A stretch of DNA of 64,000 nucleotides from Polyangiales bacterium. Lineage in GTDB: Bacteria; Myxococcota_A; Polyangia; Polyangiales; Ga0077539. The notes under the pieces were generated by a model that saw only the letters and a list, made by a program, of their open reading frames with translations, was not told where the DNA came from and ran no database searches. This document shows, in pieces, positions 51,001 through 59,524 of this stretch (position 1 is its first letter; every line of letters starts with the position of its first letter). The DNA lies in the NCBI GenBank assembly GCA_044229975.1, contig JBGARZ010000005.1, forward strand, positions 160,001-224,000, given 5' to 3'. The translations under genes were made by a program, and so were the position numbers.

Positions 51001-52876
51001 AGCGCCCGTCGGGGCCGCCGCTGGCCGTCGCGTCCTTCGGGATGACGGTGAGCCCGCACAAGAGCGCGCAGCGCAGCGCCGCCACGCCCGACGGAGCCAC
51101 GCCCGCACCGAAGCCTTCGCCCCACCGCCGCATCGCGTCCGCGACGTCGAGCCCCGGCACCCCGTCGCGCGGATGAAACCTCCGCAGCCACTCCCCCACC
51201 ACGCCCTGCGCGAGCGCCTCTTCGAGCACCAGCGGACCACGCCGCCACGCCAGCACCAGGTCACCCGGCGAGTCGACGGAGACTCCCGCGCCCGCACCCC
51301 GACCGAGCACCAGACCCGTCGCGCCGAGCGACCACAACAGCCGCGCGAGCGCCCCGTCGTCCGCCACCGTGGGTGGCGCGTCGAGCTCCAGGCCCGGTGC
51401 CGAGACCGCGAGCCACGCGTGCAGCTCACCACGCACGTGAGCGTCGCGCAGCGCTCCCCATGCTGCCGCCACGCGAGGCGTCGCGCGCAGGTCACCGATG
51501 CCCTCGAAGCGCACCGCGCGGGTCGCGGCGCCCACCTCGACGAAGACCCGCAAGGGAGCGCGCGGGGTGCGACGGTAGACGCCGCGCCAGAAGCTCCCCT
51601 CGTCGGCGTCGGAGCGACGGGGCGCGGTGAGGTCTTCGGCCCAGGCGGCGTCGCGCTTCGCGCGCGGGAGGGCGTCCATCCAGGCGAGGAGGGTTCCGTC
51701 GCGCCAGCGGTCGAGCGCCTCGGCGCGAGCCTCGGGGCGACGCAGCACCTCGCGCGCGAGCGACGTCGGGTCGGCCACGGGCTTCGACGCCACCCGCAGC
51801 GGCTCTCCCAGCGACCACGACAGCCGCAGCGACGCGTGCGCCTCGTCCCGCGCGACGGCCTCACACGCTGCGGCGACGGCGCCGTGACCGCCGCGACGAA
51901 ACCACGCCGCGAGCGCGTGGCCCTGCGAGCGAACCCGCGATGGGTCGAGCCGGCCGGCGCGCAGGTGCGTTCGGAGAACCTCCGGCGAGGTGACGAGCAG
52001 ACCCTCCACGGCGACGCCTTCGCGACCGATGGCCCAGGCGAGCGTCCAGGCGCCGATGACGGCCGCGTCGGAGTCGGCGCCGCGGGCGACGGCCTCCGAG
52101 GCGACCGCGACCGCGACGAGGGATGGCTCGGCGCGGTTGGCCCGCAGCCACGCCGAGAGGGCGCCCTCGCGCAGCGCGACGACCGCGTGGGCGATGTGCG
52201 CGGTGATGGCCTCGGCGGCGGCGTCGAGGGAGCGCGGTGATCCGGGGAGCGCGTCGCAGGGCGACCACGCCGGCAGTACGTCGCTGTGTAAAGCGACCCC
52301 GAGGCGGGCGGCGACGGCGCGGGCGCGCTCGACGGTCAGACCGCGGCGGGTGGCCTCGGCGTCGAGGCGGGCGATCTCGGCGGGGTGCAACGCGCGGGCG
52401 TCGCCGGCCTCGCGCGTGATGAGCGCTTCGAGGGCGCGCTCGTGCCAGGTGACGAGCTCGGCGTAGGCGTGGGTGGCGAGGTCACCGTGGCCCTGGAGGG
52501 CGGTGAGACGGCGGGCGAGCGCGGAGCCGGCGACCTCGGCGCGGGCGCGCCACTCGGCGCCGCGGCGGGTGACCTGATTGAGCACGGCGCGGACGAAGGC
52601 GAGGCGCTCGGCGAGGGCGGCGGCGGTGGGCGGGCGAGCGGCGAGGTCGGGCTCGGCGGGGTGGAGCGCGTCGAGCAGCGGGCGGTCGTCTTCGGCGAGG
52701 GCGGTGACGGTGCGGAGGTCGTCGTCGCTGACGACGCGCACGGCGCGGGCGAGCGGCGCGCGGGCGACCTCTTCGACTTCGAGGAAGGCCTCGTCGACGG
52801 AGGCTTCGGGGAGGTGCGGGGTCGGGTCGGCGGGGCCGTCGCTCTCCAGTTCGAGGAAGGCTTCGTCGTCACTCAT
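48080..52876 (-). CDS. 1598-aa multidomain protein: helical repeats, coiled coil, DnaJ-type Zn-finger/SSUH2-like module, TPR-like region, C-terminal TM anchor
   Basis: Repeated G(x)LxxW(L/M) helices, an E/A/R coiled coil, multiple CxxCxGxG motifs and C-terminal TVAVVVAVVALVLLAA. Confidence 0.8.
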   Translation of the reverse strand: MSDDEAFLELESDGPADPTPHLPEASVDEAFLEVEEVARAPLARAVRVVSDDDLRTVTALAEDDRPLLDALHPAEPDLAARPPTAAALAERLAFVRAVLNQVTRRGAEWRARAEVAGSALARRLTALQGHGDLATHAYAELVTWHERALEALITREAGDARALHPAEIARLDAEATRRGLTVERARAVAARLGVALHSDVLPAWSPCDALPGSPRSLDAAAEAITAHIAHAVVALREGALSAWLRANRAEPSLVAVAVASEAVARGADSDAAVIGAWTLAWAIGREGVAVEGLLVTSPEVLRTHLRAGRLDPSRVRSQGHALAAWFRRGGHGAVAAACEAVARDEAHASLRLSWSLGEPLRVASKPVADPTSLAREVLRRPEARAEALDRWRDGTLLAWMDALPRAKRDAAWAEDLTAPRRSDADEGSFWRGVYRRTPRAPLRVFVEVGAATRAVRFEGIGDLRATPRVAAAWGALRDAHVRGELHAWLAVSAPGLELDAPPTVADDGALARLLWSLGATGLVLGRGAGAGVSVDSPGDLVLAWRRGPLVLEEALAQGVVGEWLRRFHPRDGVPGLDVADAMRRWGEGFGAGVAPSGVAALRCALLCGLTVIPKDATASGGPDGRSLVGFVGIDAEHNDPAVWSELLDAPGDPLAQGTALLWAARHASSLGVLAAAGESVAREAVREALLATGRPVPSAPLAETLAEESARAERRARQRAMVEEGERIAAKREAARSQLAQEASRVESEREAARTQAARDALRREVDREIARIKSERDAARRTHEQALAQMQAERALAEAEHARALAELSLSTERTTSEATPIVDASELEARWRAAARKAAEEETQGALARSEAELREAALRAAERAAAAEVQRAAERAAAEIARRERARIDLTATLDELMAREESLRADALRTADEAARLALSLAEGETQRAEAERASEEAARLAAEARDARVAAEWSAAQARAEAEIDALSRAERERREEARRVGLEGSSSKAPAADEPAVDEGFTEDPTAEGTDDGIGEELLSLDRHEVAYDRLAVAYEGVDDVALAVLRDAVNGWSRARRGHPLAELGAAMVVDAVTMVPAFEAHVATRLETRTVERRVVGEGEDTDAVAVGAEALGEGDDAVDPWLLELGAVDTWDRLSTDAPLALAPRRGPCPRCVDGPRAGHLRCPSCDAVGTLVCSRCSGYGRARCGRCGGNGEVLAPGGGSRRCQQCEGRGDVSCGGCTLGRVACRACEGAGQTPCPTCAATGEAETRPWVLQSVLGVRARAAVTVGLPDALVAEVGVSGSEATAVVHVEADAIDPAALARELPHDHLGAALADLLTAETARAAPGQRVTRQQVVVWRYPAWRLQVRVADQAYVLWVHGARRQVWAERSPLDVATDAAVEAVRSLIATDSLDAAIDRLVALAAEDPGHAGARDAATALGGAVLAMAERGELYEAQRLAERGVAVRWPDAVARLVQAERVAGRRLNKRASWALAEDARTALQRGLDGRAIDLLKELYAAAPDDADGTTLADELGRRFEAQAVALLARGAEGDVALLLARAEGAGFPGVRAAMTGSAAALKRARNLARWRTVAVVVAVVALVLLAARVALR

Positions 52877-53015
52877 CGGGGTCGTCGCGGCGCCGGAGGC
52901 TGTGACCGCGCGACATCATGGGCCGGTGGGCCGCGCCGATGCCAGAAAGGTGCGGCTGCGAAGACCTTCTCGAGGAGCCGTCGCGCCCGTCACCCCGCAA
53001 GAGGTTCGGTGCCTC

Positions 53016-53888
53016 CTATGGGTTGACGAAGGCCGCGCGCCCTTCGAACAACACCGCGCCCGAGAACAGGCGGCAGTTGCCGTCGGTGTCGGGGTCCATG
53101 TCCGTGATACCGTTGATGAGCCGCGAGAAGAGCGAGCGCTGCGAGTCGGGGATGCCCAGCGTCTGCACGACGGCGCTGAGCTCCGAGGCGGGGATGCCGC
53201 CGCCGATCATGCCCTCGAAGGTGTCGTCCTCCCGCCACCGGAGGCGGATGCGCGCGTTGCGGAAGTTGATGATGAAGCGCGCGTCGAGCACCGCGATGGG
53301 GATCGCGACGGTGAAGCCCGACGCCTCGACGACGCCGTCCCTCATGCGACCGACCACCGTGCTCACGGGCTGATCGCGGGCCACGGAGAAGGTCTGCCCG
53401 GGGTCGATGCGCTGGTCGCTCCCCACGTAGGGGATGCCCGTGAGCTGGCGAAACACCAGCCGCACGCAGGGGTCGTTGCGGCGGTCGTCGAGGTCTTCGA
53501 TGGACATGCCGAGCATGAGCTGCCCGCTGTTGATGGCGGCCTGGATCGCGGCGTCGAGCGCCCCCGCGGTCTGCGTCTCCAGCACCGGAACGAGCAGCGA
53601 GAGCTGGTTGTCGACGCCGGTCGTTCCGTCGGGGCTGGTGAAGTCCGTGCGGCGGCAGGACGAGGCGTCCTCGTTCGTGCTCACCCGCCCGTCGAGGTTG
53701 AAGCCGTCGGTGACGCCCGGCCGCGACGCCTTGATGAAGAGCAGGCGGGACACGACCAGCGACTGCTCCATGCGCGTCGCCCCACACTGCGCCGGAACCG
53801 GCCCCGCGAAGGGATCGCTCGGCGCCTCGCCGCCGCAGCCGAGCGCCATCAGGAGCAGCGATCCGAGACCCCAGTTGCTTCGTCGCAT
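53016..53888 (-). CDS. Hypothetical lipoprotein (GFNLDG...GVDNQL type)
   Basis: Lipobox LMALGC with GFNLDG and GVDNQL motifs. Confidence 0.8.
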   Translation of the reverse strand: MRRSNWGLGSLLLMALGCGGEAPSDPFAGPVPAQCGATRMEQSLVVSRLLFIKASRPGVTDGFNLDGRVSTNEDASSCRRTDFTSPDGTTGVDNQLSLLVPVLETQTAGALDAAIQAAINSGQLMLGMSIEDLDDRRNDPCVRLVFRQLTGIPYVGSDQRIDPGQTFSVARDQPVSTVVGRMRDGVVEASGFTVAIPIAVLDARFIINFRNARIRLRWREDDTFEGMIGGGIPASELSAVVQTLGIPDSQRSLFSRLINGITDMDPDTDGNCRLFSGAVLFEGRAAFVNP

Positions 53889-53952
53889 CGGCCGCACCTC
53901 TCCGAGCGCACCCGACGCTCGCAGGCACCGATGGTACACAGGTCGCGCCCCA

Positions 53953-55614
53953 ATGGCGTTCTACGGCATCGACCTCGGCACCACCTACGCGTCCGTCGCG
54001 CTCGCGCACCGCGGCGTCGCGCGGATGATCCCGCTGGAGTCCGGCGGCGTCACGCTCGCCACCACGGTGCTCCTCGACGGCTCCGACCCCGACCGCCCCG
54101 CGGTGACCGTCGGCCGTCGCGCCGCCCTCGCCTGGCGCGACCGCTGCGCCGTCCTCGGGTGCGCCCCGCCCCGCGTCGCCCTCGTGCGCGGCAGCAAGAA
54201 CCACCTCGCCGTCGCCCACGCCGTCGCAGGCGGTCCGCCGTGGCCGCTCGGCCCGATGAACCTCCACGCCACCGACGTCGGCGCCCTCGTGCTGCGCGCG
54301 CTCCGCGTCTGCATCGACCGCACGCCCGGCCTTCCACCCGTCGACGGCGTGGTCGTCACGCACCCGCAGCGCCTCCGCAACCGCGAGCGCCGCGCCGTCG
54401 CGCAGGCCGTCTCCCTCGCCGGGCTCTCCTCCGTCGCGATGCTCCCCGAGCCCGACGCGGCCGCGTGGGCCTATGGCATGGGCGAGCGCTTCGGTTCGCG
54501 CAGCGCGCGCTTCATGGTCTTCGACTTCGGCGGCGGAACCCTCGACGTCACCCTCCTCCACCGCAACGCCACCACCGCCACGCCGACGCTCGAAGCGCTC
54601 GCTTCGTACGGGGTTCAGCTCGGAGGACTCGGCGTCGACGAGCTCCTGCGCGAGCGCCTGCTCGACCGCTACGCCGAGGCCGCGCGCGTCCCCGATCTGG
54701 GCATGGGTGACCTCGACGAAGCCTCGCGCGAGGCCCTGCTCGCCGTCGCCGAGGGCGTGAAGATACAGCTCAACCAGCACGCCTCGCTCGACGCCAACCC
54801 GATGGCGCGCGTCGCGTCGCGGACGTTTGCGCTGCGCACCGAGTCGGGCGTCTCGCTCCCTCCGACGGCAGTGCGCGTGACGCTGGCCGAGCTCTCTCGC
54901 TGGATGGAGGAGCACACCGAGCGGGCCGTCGCGTGTGCCGAGGAGGCGCTCGCCCGCGCGTCGCTGCGTTGGGGCGACCTCGACGAGGTGCTGCTGGTCG
55001 GCGGGTCGAGCTGGCTCTACCCGGTGCAGGCACGGCTGCGGGCGCTGCGGGGTAGCGCGCCGGTGCGGCTCTTCGACGACGCGGACGACCCGCTCAACCC
55101 GGCGTGTGCCGTCGCGGCGGGCGCGGCGCTCTACGCCGAGCGGTGCTTCGTCGACGGCGGGACGGCGGCGGACGACTACCACGGAGTGATTCCCGATGCG
55201 CTCGGGGTGCGGGCACGCGAGGCCGATCCGACGCGACCGGGCGAGCGGCGCGAGGCGCTGGCGGTGTTGGTTCCGGCGCTGACGAAGGTGCCCTTCGAGG
55301 GGCGACGGGTGTTTCGCAAGCGCGGGGGCGCGCGGGTGCTGCCGGTGGACGTGCTGGAGGGCGCCACGTTGGCCGAGGCGACGCCGCTGGGACGCTTCAT
55401 GGTCGACCTCGCGGACGATCTGCCGGACGGGTCTCCGGTGGAGGTGATTCTGCGCGTGGGCCGCGACGGCGTGCTCTCGGTCGAGCTGAAGGACCCGCAG
55501 ACGCAGCGCTCGCGGGCGCTGACGTTGAGCGACGCGGAGGGCCTCTACGCCGACGACGAGATGGACGCGCGGCGGGCGTTTCTGGCCAACGTCGCCCTCG
55601 ACGCGGGGGTGTAG
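53953..55614 (+). CDS. Atypical Hsp70/DnaK-family protein
   Basis: GIDLGTT, EPDAAAWAYG, VFDFGGGTLDVT, VLLVGGSS and AVAAGAA. 553 aa with a short C-terminus. Confidence 0.9.
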   Translation: MAFYGIDLGTTYASVALAHRGVARMIPLESGGVTLATTVLLDGSDPDRPAVTVGRRAALAWRDRCAVLGCAPPRVALVRGSKNHLAVAHAVAGGPPWPLGPMNLHATDVGALVLRALRVCIDRTPGLPPVDGVVVTHPQRLRNRERRAVAQAVSLAGLSSVAMLPEPDAAAWAYGMGERFGSRSARFMVFDFGGGTLDVTLLHRNATTATPTLEALASYGVQLGGLGVDELLRERLLDRYAEAARVPDLGMGDLDEASREALLAVAEGVKIQLNQHASLDANPMARVASRTFALRTESGVSLPPTAVRVTLAELSRWMEEHTERAVACAEEALARASLRWGDLDEVLLVGGSSWLYPVQARLRALRGSAPVRLFDDADDPLNPACAVAAGAALYAERCFVDGGTAADDYHGVIPDALGVRAREADPTRPGERREALAVLVPALTKVPFEGRRVFRKRGGARVLPVDVLEGATLAEATPLGRFMVDLADDLPDGSPVEVILRVGRDGVLSVELKDPQTQRSRALTLSDAEGLYADDEMDARRAFLANVALDAGV

Positions 55615-55750
55615 CGATCGGGGTCGAGCGCCGAAGGGGACCCCGCGTTCGTGAAGCGCATGCGCCGGGGCGTGTCGGAAAGCCGGCGCAGCCCGCGGGC
55701 CGTCGGATGCGGGCGCACCTCGGCGGTCTGTTGGTCTAACCTCCGGGCCC

Positions 55751-57337
55751 ATGAAGTGTCCGGGGTGTGGGAACGAGACGGCCTCGACGGTCATGCTCTG
55801 TCTCGCGTGCGGGTGGCGGGCGCCCGACCTCGACGACTCCGTGGGGGCACCACCGCCTCCGACTGAGGATTCGCCGATGGCGATGCAGGGAAAGCTCCTC
55901 GCCGCGTCTGGGATGATCGTTGTCCTCACGGGCTTCGTCGCGCTGCTCGCCCTCGAAGGCAGTGGTCGCGGCGTCTGCGCCATCGCGCTGGTTGGCGGGC
56001 TCATCTTGATCGTCGTCGGCCTCGTCCGTCGGAGGCGTGGGTTGCGCGAGCCACCGACCCGCGCTCCGTTCGGCGGCTCTGCCCCGGCCGAGGGCGCGCT
56101 CGACCTCGCGACACACCGTGGGGCGGACGTGCTTGGCAGGACCCTGGTGCTGCGAGGGGCGATCTACCGGGTCGAGACCCTGTCGAGGACTGCGGCCGGA
56201 CAGGTGACCCTCGTCCTGGTCAACGAGCGGACGGCCCTCGCGGTCCACCGCGTGCGCTTCTTCCCCGACGGCGAGGCGGGGGCGCCGGAGGCGGACGCCT
56301 GGACGATCCCGGTGCCCGGCGGGTGCGCGGCCCTGACCCTGAACGAAGGTCCCTTCGAGGCGGACGCCCCGTGGACCGACGTGATCCGTCAGGCCGCCCG
56401 CGCCCGCGGCGACGGAGACCTGGCCCGCGGGGAGGCGCTGATCCGCAAGGTCATCGCGATGCACCCCACCCACGTGCTCGCGCTCAACCACCTCGCGGGC
56501 ACGCTGGTCATCCAGAGGAAGGATGCGCAGGCGCTCCCTATCGCGATGACCGTCGTCGAGCTCGAACCGAACCATCCTGGCTTCGCGATGAACCTCATCC
56601 GGTTGTTGACGGCGTTCTCGCTCCGCTCAGCGCTCGACCTCTACCGCACCAGCGCCCGCTGCTTCCCTCCGACGGAGGAGTCCGACGAGCTCGGGGTGGG
56701 GCTCATGCTGGAGCTCGGTGAGGTGCAGGACGCCCTGGCGATCCTCGAAGCGCGTCCCTCTCCCTCCCTGGCGAAGCTCCGCCCGAAGGCGCTGGCGGGG
56801 CGGTCGGCGCAAGAGCGCGCGGCGCCCCTCATCGACGAGGCGATTCACCTCCTCGACGAGGGGGTGACCGACGGAGTCCTCGACCTGTTCGAGCGCGCCC
56901 ACGAGGCGCACCCGCAAGACCCGTACGCTCTCGTCAACTTCAGCCTCGCGCTTGCCCGCGCGGGCCGACACGCCGAAGCGGCGGAGGGGCTCCTCCTGGC
57001 GAGGGCCCGCGCCCCCGTCCCGCTCGACCGGCTCTGCGTCGTGAACGCGGCCTTCGCGCTCGCCGACGGCGGCGATGCGCAGGGGGCGGCGGACCTGCTC
57101 GACCGCGGCTTCCACAACGTCAACGAGCCGACGGACAGCCCCAGCGAGCTGATGGCAGACCTGCCTTCCCTCGCGGTCTTCGTGTTCGCGCCGGGCGGCT
57201 CGAAGGAGACCCTGCCGGGCGTAGCCCTGGAGCGCCTCGAACGCCTCGCCGACGCCCTCCAGTCCGCGACGCCCGCGAGCGTTCGGACCCTCATCGAGTG
57301 CTACCGAAACGCGGCCCTGCGACCGACGTCCAACTGA
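55751..57337 (+). CDS. Zn-ribbon + 2TM + TPR protein
   Basis: MKCPGCG...CLACG, two TM helices, and TPR-like helices (HPTHVLALNHLA, HPQDPYALVNFS). Confidence 0.75.
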   Translation: MKCPGCGNETASTVMLCLACGWRAPDLDDSVGAPPPPTEDSPMAMQGKLLAASGMIVVLTGFVALLALEGSGRGVCAIALVGGLILIVVGLVRRRRGLREPPTRAPFGGSAPAEGALDLATHRGADVLGRTLVLRGAIYRVETLSRTAAGQVTLVLVNERTALAVHRVRFFPDGEAGAPEADAWTIPVPGGCAALTLNEGPFEADAPWTDVIRQAARARGDGDLARGEALIRKVIAMHPTHVLALNHLAGTLVIQRKDAQALPIAMTVVELEPNHPGFAMNLIRLLTAFSLRSALDLYRTSARCFPPTEESDELGVGLMLELGEVQDALAILEARPSPSLAKLRPKALAGRSAQERAAPLIDEAIHLLDEGVTDGVLDLFERAHEAHPQDPYALVNFSLALARAGRHAEAAEGLLLARARAPVPLDRLCVVNAAFALADGGDAQGAADLLDRGFHNVNEPTDSPSELMADLPSLAVFVFAPGGSKETLPGVALERLERLADALQSATPASVRTLIECYRNAALRPTSN

Positions 57338-57487
57338 ACCCTGGCGGCGGACCGCGACCGACGGCCGCGCGCGACGACCCGGCGTCAGCGGAGCCTTTGA
57401 GGATGCTCCGTCGGTCCCCCGATGAGTCCCTCGCGTTGGACGCGTCGCCGACGCCGTGTTGGGATGGTCGCAGCCCAGGAGCGCGCG

Positions 57488-58129
57488 ATGAACCGCGTGA
57501 AGTTCTTCACCAGCATTCCCCCGATGCCCCAGGACCAGCGGCGGCTGATCCAGTGGGCGTACTTTCTCGCGAAGAAGGCCCACGACGGCCACACCCGAGA
57601 CACGGGCGAGCGCTACTTCGAGCACCTGCGCGCCGTGGCGATGCTGCTGATCGAACACGGGTACGCGGAAGCGGAGTACGTCGTGCTCGCGGTGCTGCAC
57701 GACAGCCTCGAAGACACGACCGTCCCGCTGTCGATGCTGGAGCAGCTCTTCGGGCCTCGCACGGCGCGCGAGATCCTGAGCCTGTCGAAGGTGTACGGCC
57801 TCGAAGACCCGCTCACGGGCTTCGTCGAGCTGTCCAAGAAGCGCGCGAACCAGGACTACTTCGACGGCATTCGCGCGGCAGGCAGGCGCCCGATGATCGT
57901 CAAGTGCGCCGACCGCATCCACAACCTCTCGGACCTCGTCGCGCCCCCACCAGGCTCGCGCTGGACGCCCGAGAAGCGGCTCGCGCAGGTGGCCGAGACG
58001 CGCGAGTGGATCCTTCCCCTGGCAGAGGCGTGTGAGCCTCGCTTCGCGGCGCAGCTCCGCCACCTCTGCGAGATGATCGAGACGGCGGTCGCGGCGACCA
58101 CCGCTGCTGCGATCGAATCGCCAGGCTGA
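57488..58129 (+). CDS. Small alarmone hydrolase-like protein (stand-alone RelA/SpoT HD domain)
   Basis: AHDGHTRDTGERYFEH, AVLHDSLED and VKCADRIHNL. No synthetase domain. An alternative start lies at 57464. Confidence 0.88.
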   Translation: MNRVKFFTSIPPMPQDQRRLIQWAYFLAKKAHDGHTRDTGERYFEHLRAVAMLLIEHGYAEAEYVVLAVLHDSLEDTTVPLSMLEQLFGPRTAREILSLSKVYGLEDPLTGFVELSKKRANQDYFDGIRAAGRRPMIVKCADRIHNLSDLVAPPPGSRWTPEKRLAQVAETREWILPLAEACEPRFAAQLRHLCEMIETAVAATTAAAIESPG

Positions 58130-58225
58130 GGCTCCTGCGAGAGCTCGGCGTGATCGCCGAGGAGGCCAGTGCTCGCGACCGGATGCGTTCGCCCGTTTCG
58201 TGGATGGCCGCGGCGATCGCCGTGA

Positions 58226-58537
58226 TCAGTTGGTGAGCGTCGCGGCGTCGGGCTGGACGTAGCGCACCGCCACGGGCCCCGCGTCGGTCTCGACCATCTG
58301 GTGGGTCACCAGCGGCGCGCGGCGGGCCTCGGTCCAGAGCGCAGCGTCGGCCTCGCGGTTGGCGATGATGGGGCCGAGCGCGAGGTGCGCCGCGATGGAC
58401 GACGCGAGCCGCATGCGAACGCCAGAAGCGCTGCTGGCGGAGACGCCGAGGTTGAGGTCGAGGCAGTGCGCGCTCCAGCGGCGGCTGCGACCCGGCTCGG
58501 TGACGGGGGGACGGAGGATGACGGTGAAGGTCACCAT
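58226..58537 (-). CDS. Small HicB-like-fold hypothetical protein
   Basis: WSAHCLDLNLGVSASSASGVRMRLASSI resembles the HicB N-terminal pattern. Confidence 0.5.
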   Translation of the reverse strand: MVTFTVILRPPVTEPGRSRRWSAHCLDLNLGVSASSASGVRMRLASSIAAHLALGPIIANREADAALWTEARRAPLVTHQMVETDAGPVAVRYVQPDAATLTN

Positions 58538-58623
58538 CGGCGAGAGATCCATCGGTCGGTTCATCAGCGGGGACGCGGCGTCTATCACGCGCTGCGTCGC
58601 GATCTCAAGAGGAGACGCGCGCC

Positions 58624-58794
58624 GTGTTGAAGGGCCGCAAGGGCGCGAGGATCGCAAGGGGCTGTTGTTCGGGACTGACGGGGGAAGGAGAACGCAAGGT
58701 TCGTGACGCGCGTGGCTCGCAAGAACTCTCGGCTCATCTGCGCTCTCGTGCGGCAGCCCCCTGCGACCCTCGCGCCCTTGCGGCTCCTCAGCAC
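58624..58794. repeat. REPIN-like element: about 41-bp inverted repeats around an about 89-bp spacer
   Basis: 58624-58664 pairs with 58754-58794 (5 mismatches). The left arm contains the 33-mer found at 15004. Confidence 0.85.
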
Positions 58795-58821
58795 TCCGCA
58801 CCGCCGACGCCGCGCGTCCGC

Positions 58822-59505
58822 TTACCCCAGGTGGATCTTCTCCCCCTTCACCTTCACGTCCTGCTCGGCCTTGATGACCGTGCGCCCGCTCATCAGATGC
58901 ATCGCCGCCCGCGCCACCACGCGCACCCGCCCCGCGCGCGTCTGCGCCAGCTCCTCGACCTCGCGGTAGACGTTCTTCGCGCGCTCGACCACGCGCGTCG
59001 CCTCGACTTCCACCACGCCGGCCACCTGCCGCACGCTCTCGGCCACCGTCGTCAGCGAGCGCACCACCAGCCGCGCCTCCCCCGCCCCCAGCTCGGCCCG
59101 CGGCGCCTTCGCGTCGATGCCCGCCGCGCCGACGATGACCTCGCTCTCGCCCGAGCGCACCACCACGCCGTCGCGCGCCACGATGGTCACCCGGCCGCCC
59201 GGCGCCTCCAGCGAGAGGTCGCCCTCCTCCACGCGCACCACGCGCTCTTCGGCGACGACCCGCAGCGCCCGCAGCACCGCCACCACGCACCAGCTCTCGT
59301 CGCGCATCGGCAGCGCCACCACGGCGTCGCCCGCGCGCAGCGTGCCCGCCCACGGCAGCGACACCTGCGCCGTCACCGCCTCGCCGCCCGCCTCCAACGT
59401 CAACCGCACCGCCCCGTCGGGCAGCGCCTCGGCCACCGTCGCGCGCTCACCGAAGGCAGCGCGCTCATCGGACACCGTCGGTCGCGCTTCAATGGACTTC
59501 TTCAT
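58822..59505 (-). CDS. DUF3540-like T6SS/VgrG-associated protein
   Basis: RVVERAKNVYREVEELAQTRAGRV and C-terminal AEQDVKVKGEKIHLG. Confidence 0.8.
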   Translation of the reverse strand: MKKSIEARPTVSDERAAFGERATVAEALPDGAVRLTLEAGGEAVTAQVSLPWAGTLRAGDAVVALPMRDESWCVVAVLRALRVVAEERVVRVEEGDLSLEAPGGRVTIVARDGVVVRSGESEVIVGAAGIDAKAPRAELGAGEARLVVRSLTTVAESVRQVAGVVEVEATRVVERAKNVYREVEELAQTRAGRVRVVARAAMHLMSGRTVIKAEQDVKVKGEKIHLG

Positions 59506-59524
59506 CGGACACTCTCCCGACATC

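Noticed and set aside
58226..58537. Complete HicAB toxin-antitoxin module
   Set aside because: No HicA-like ORF is adjacent and the HicB resemblance is weak.
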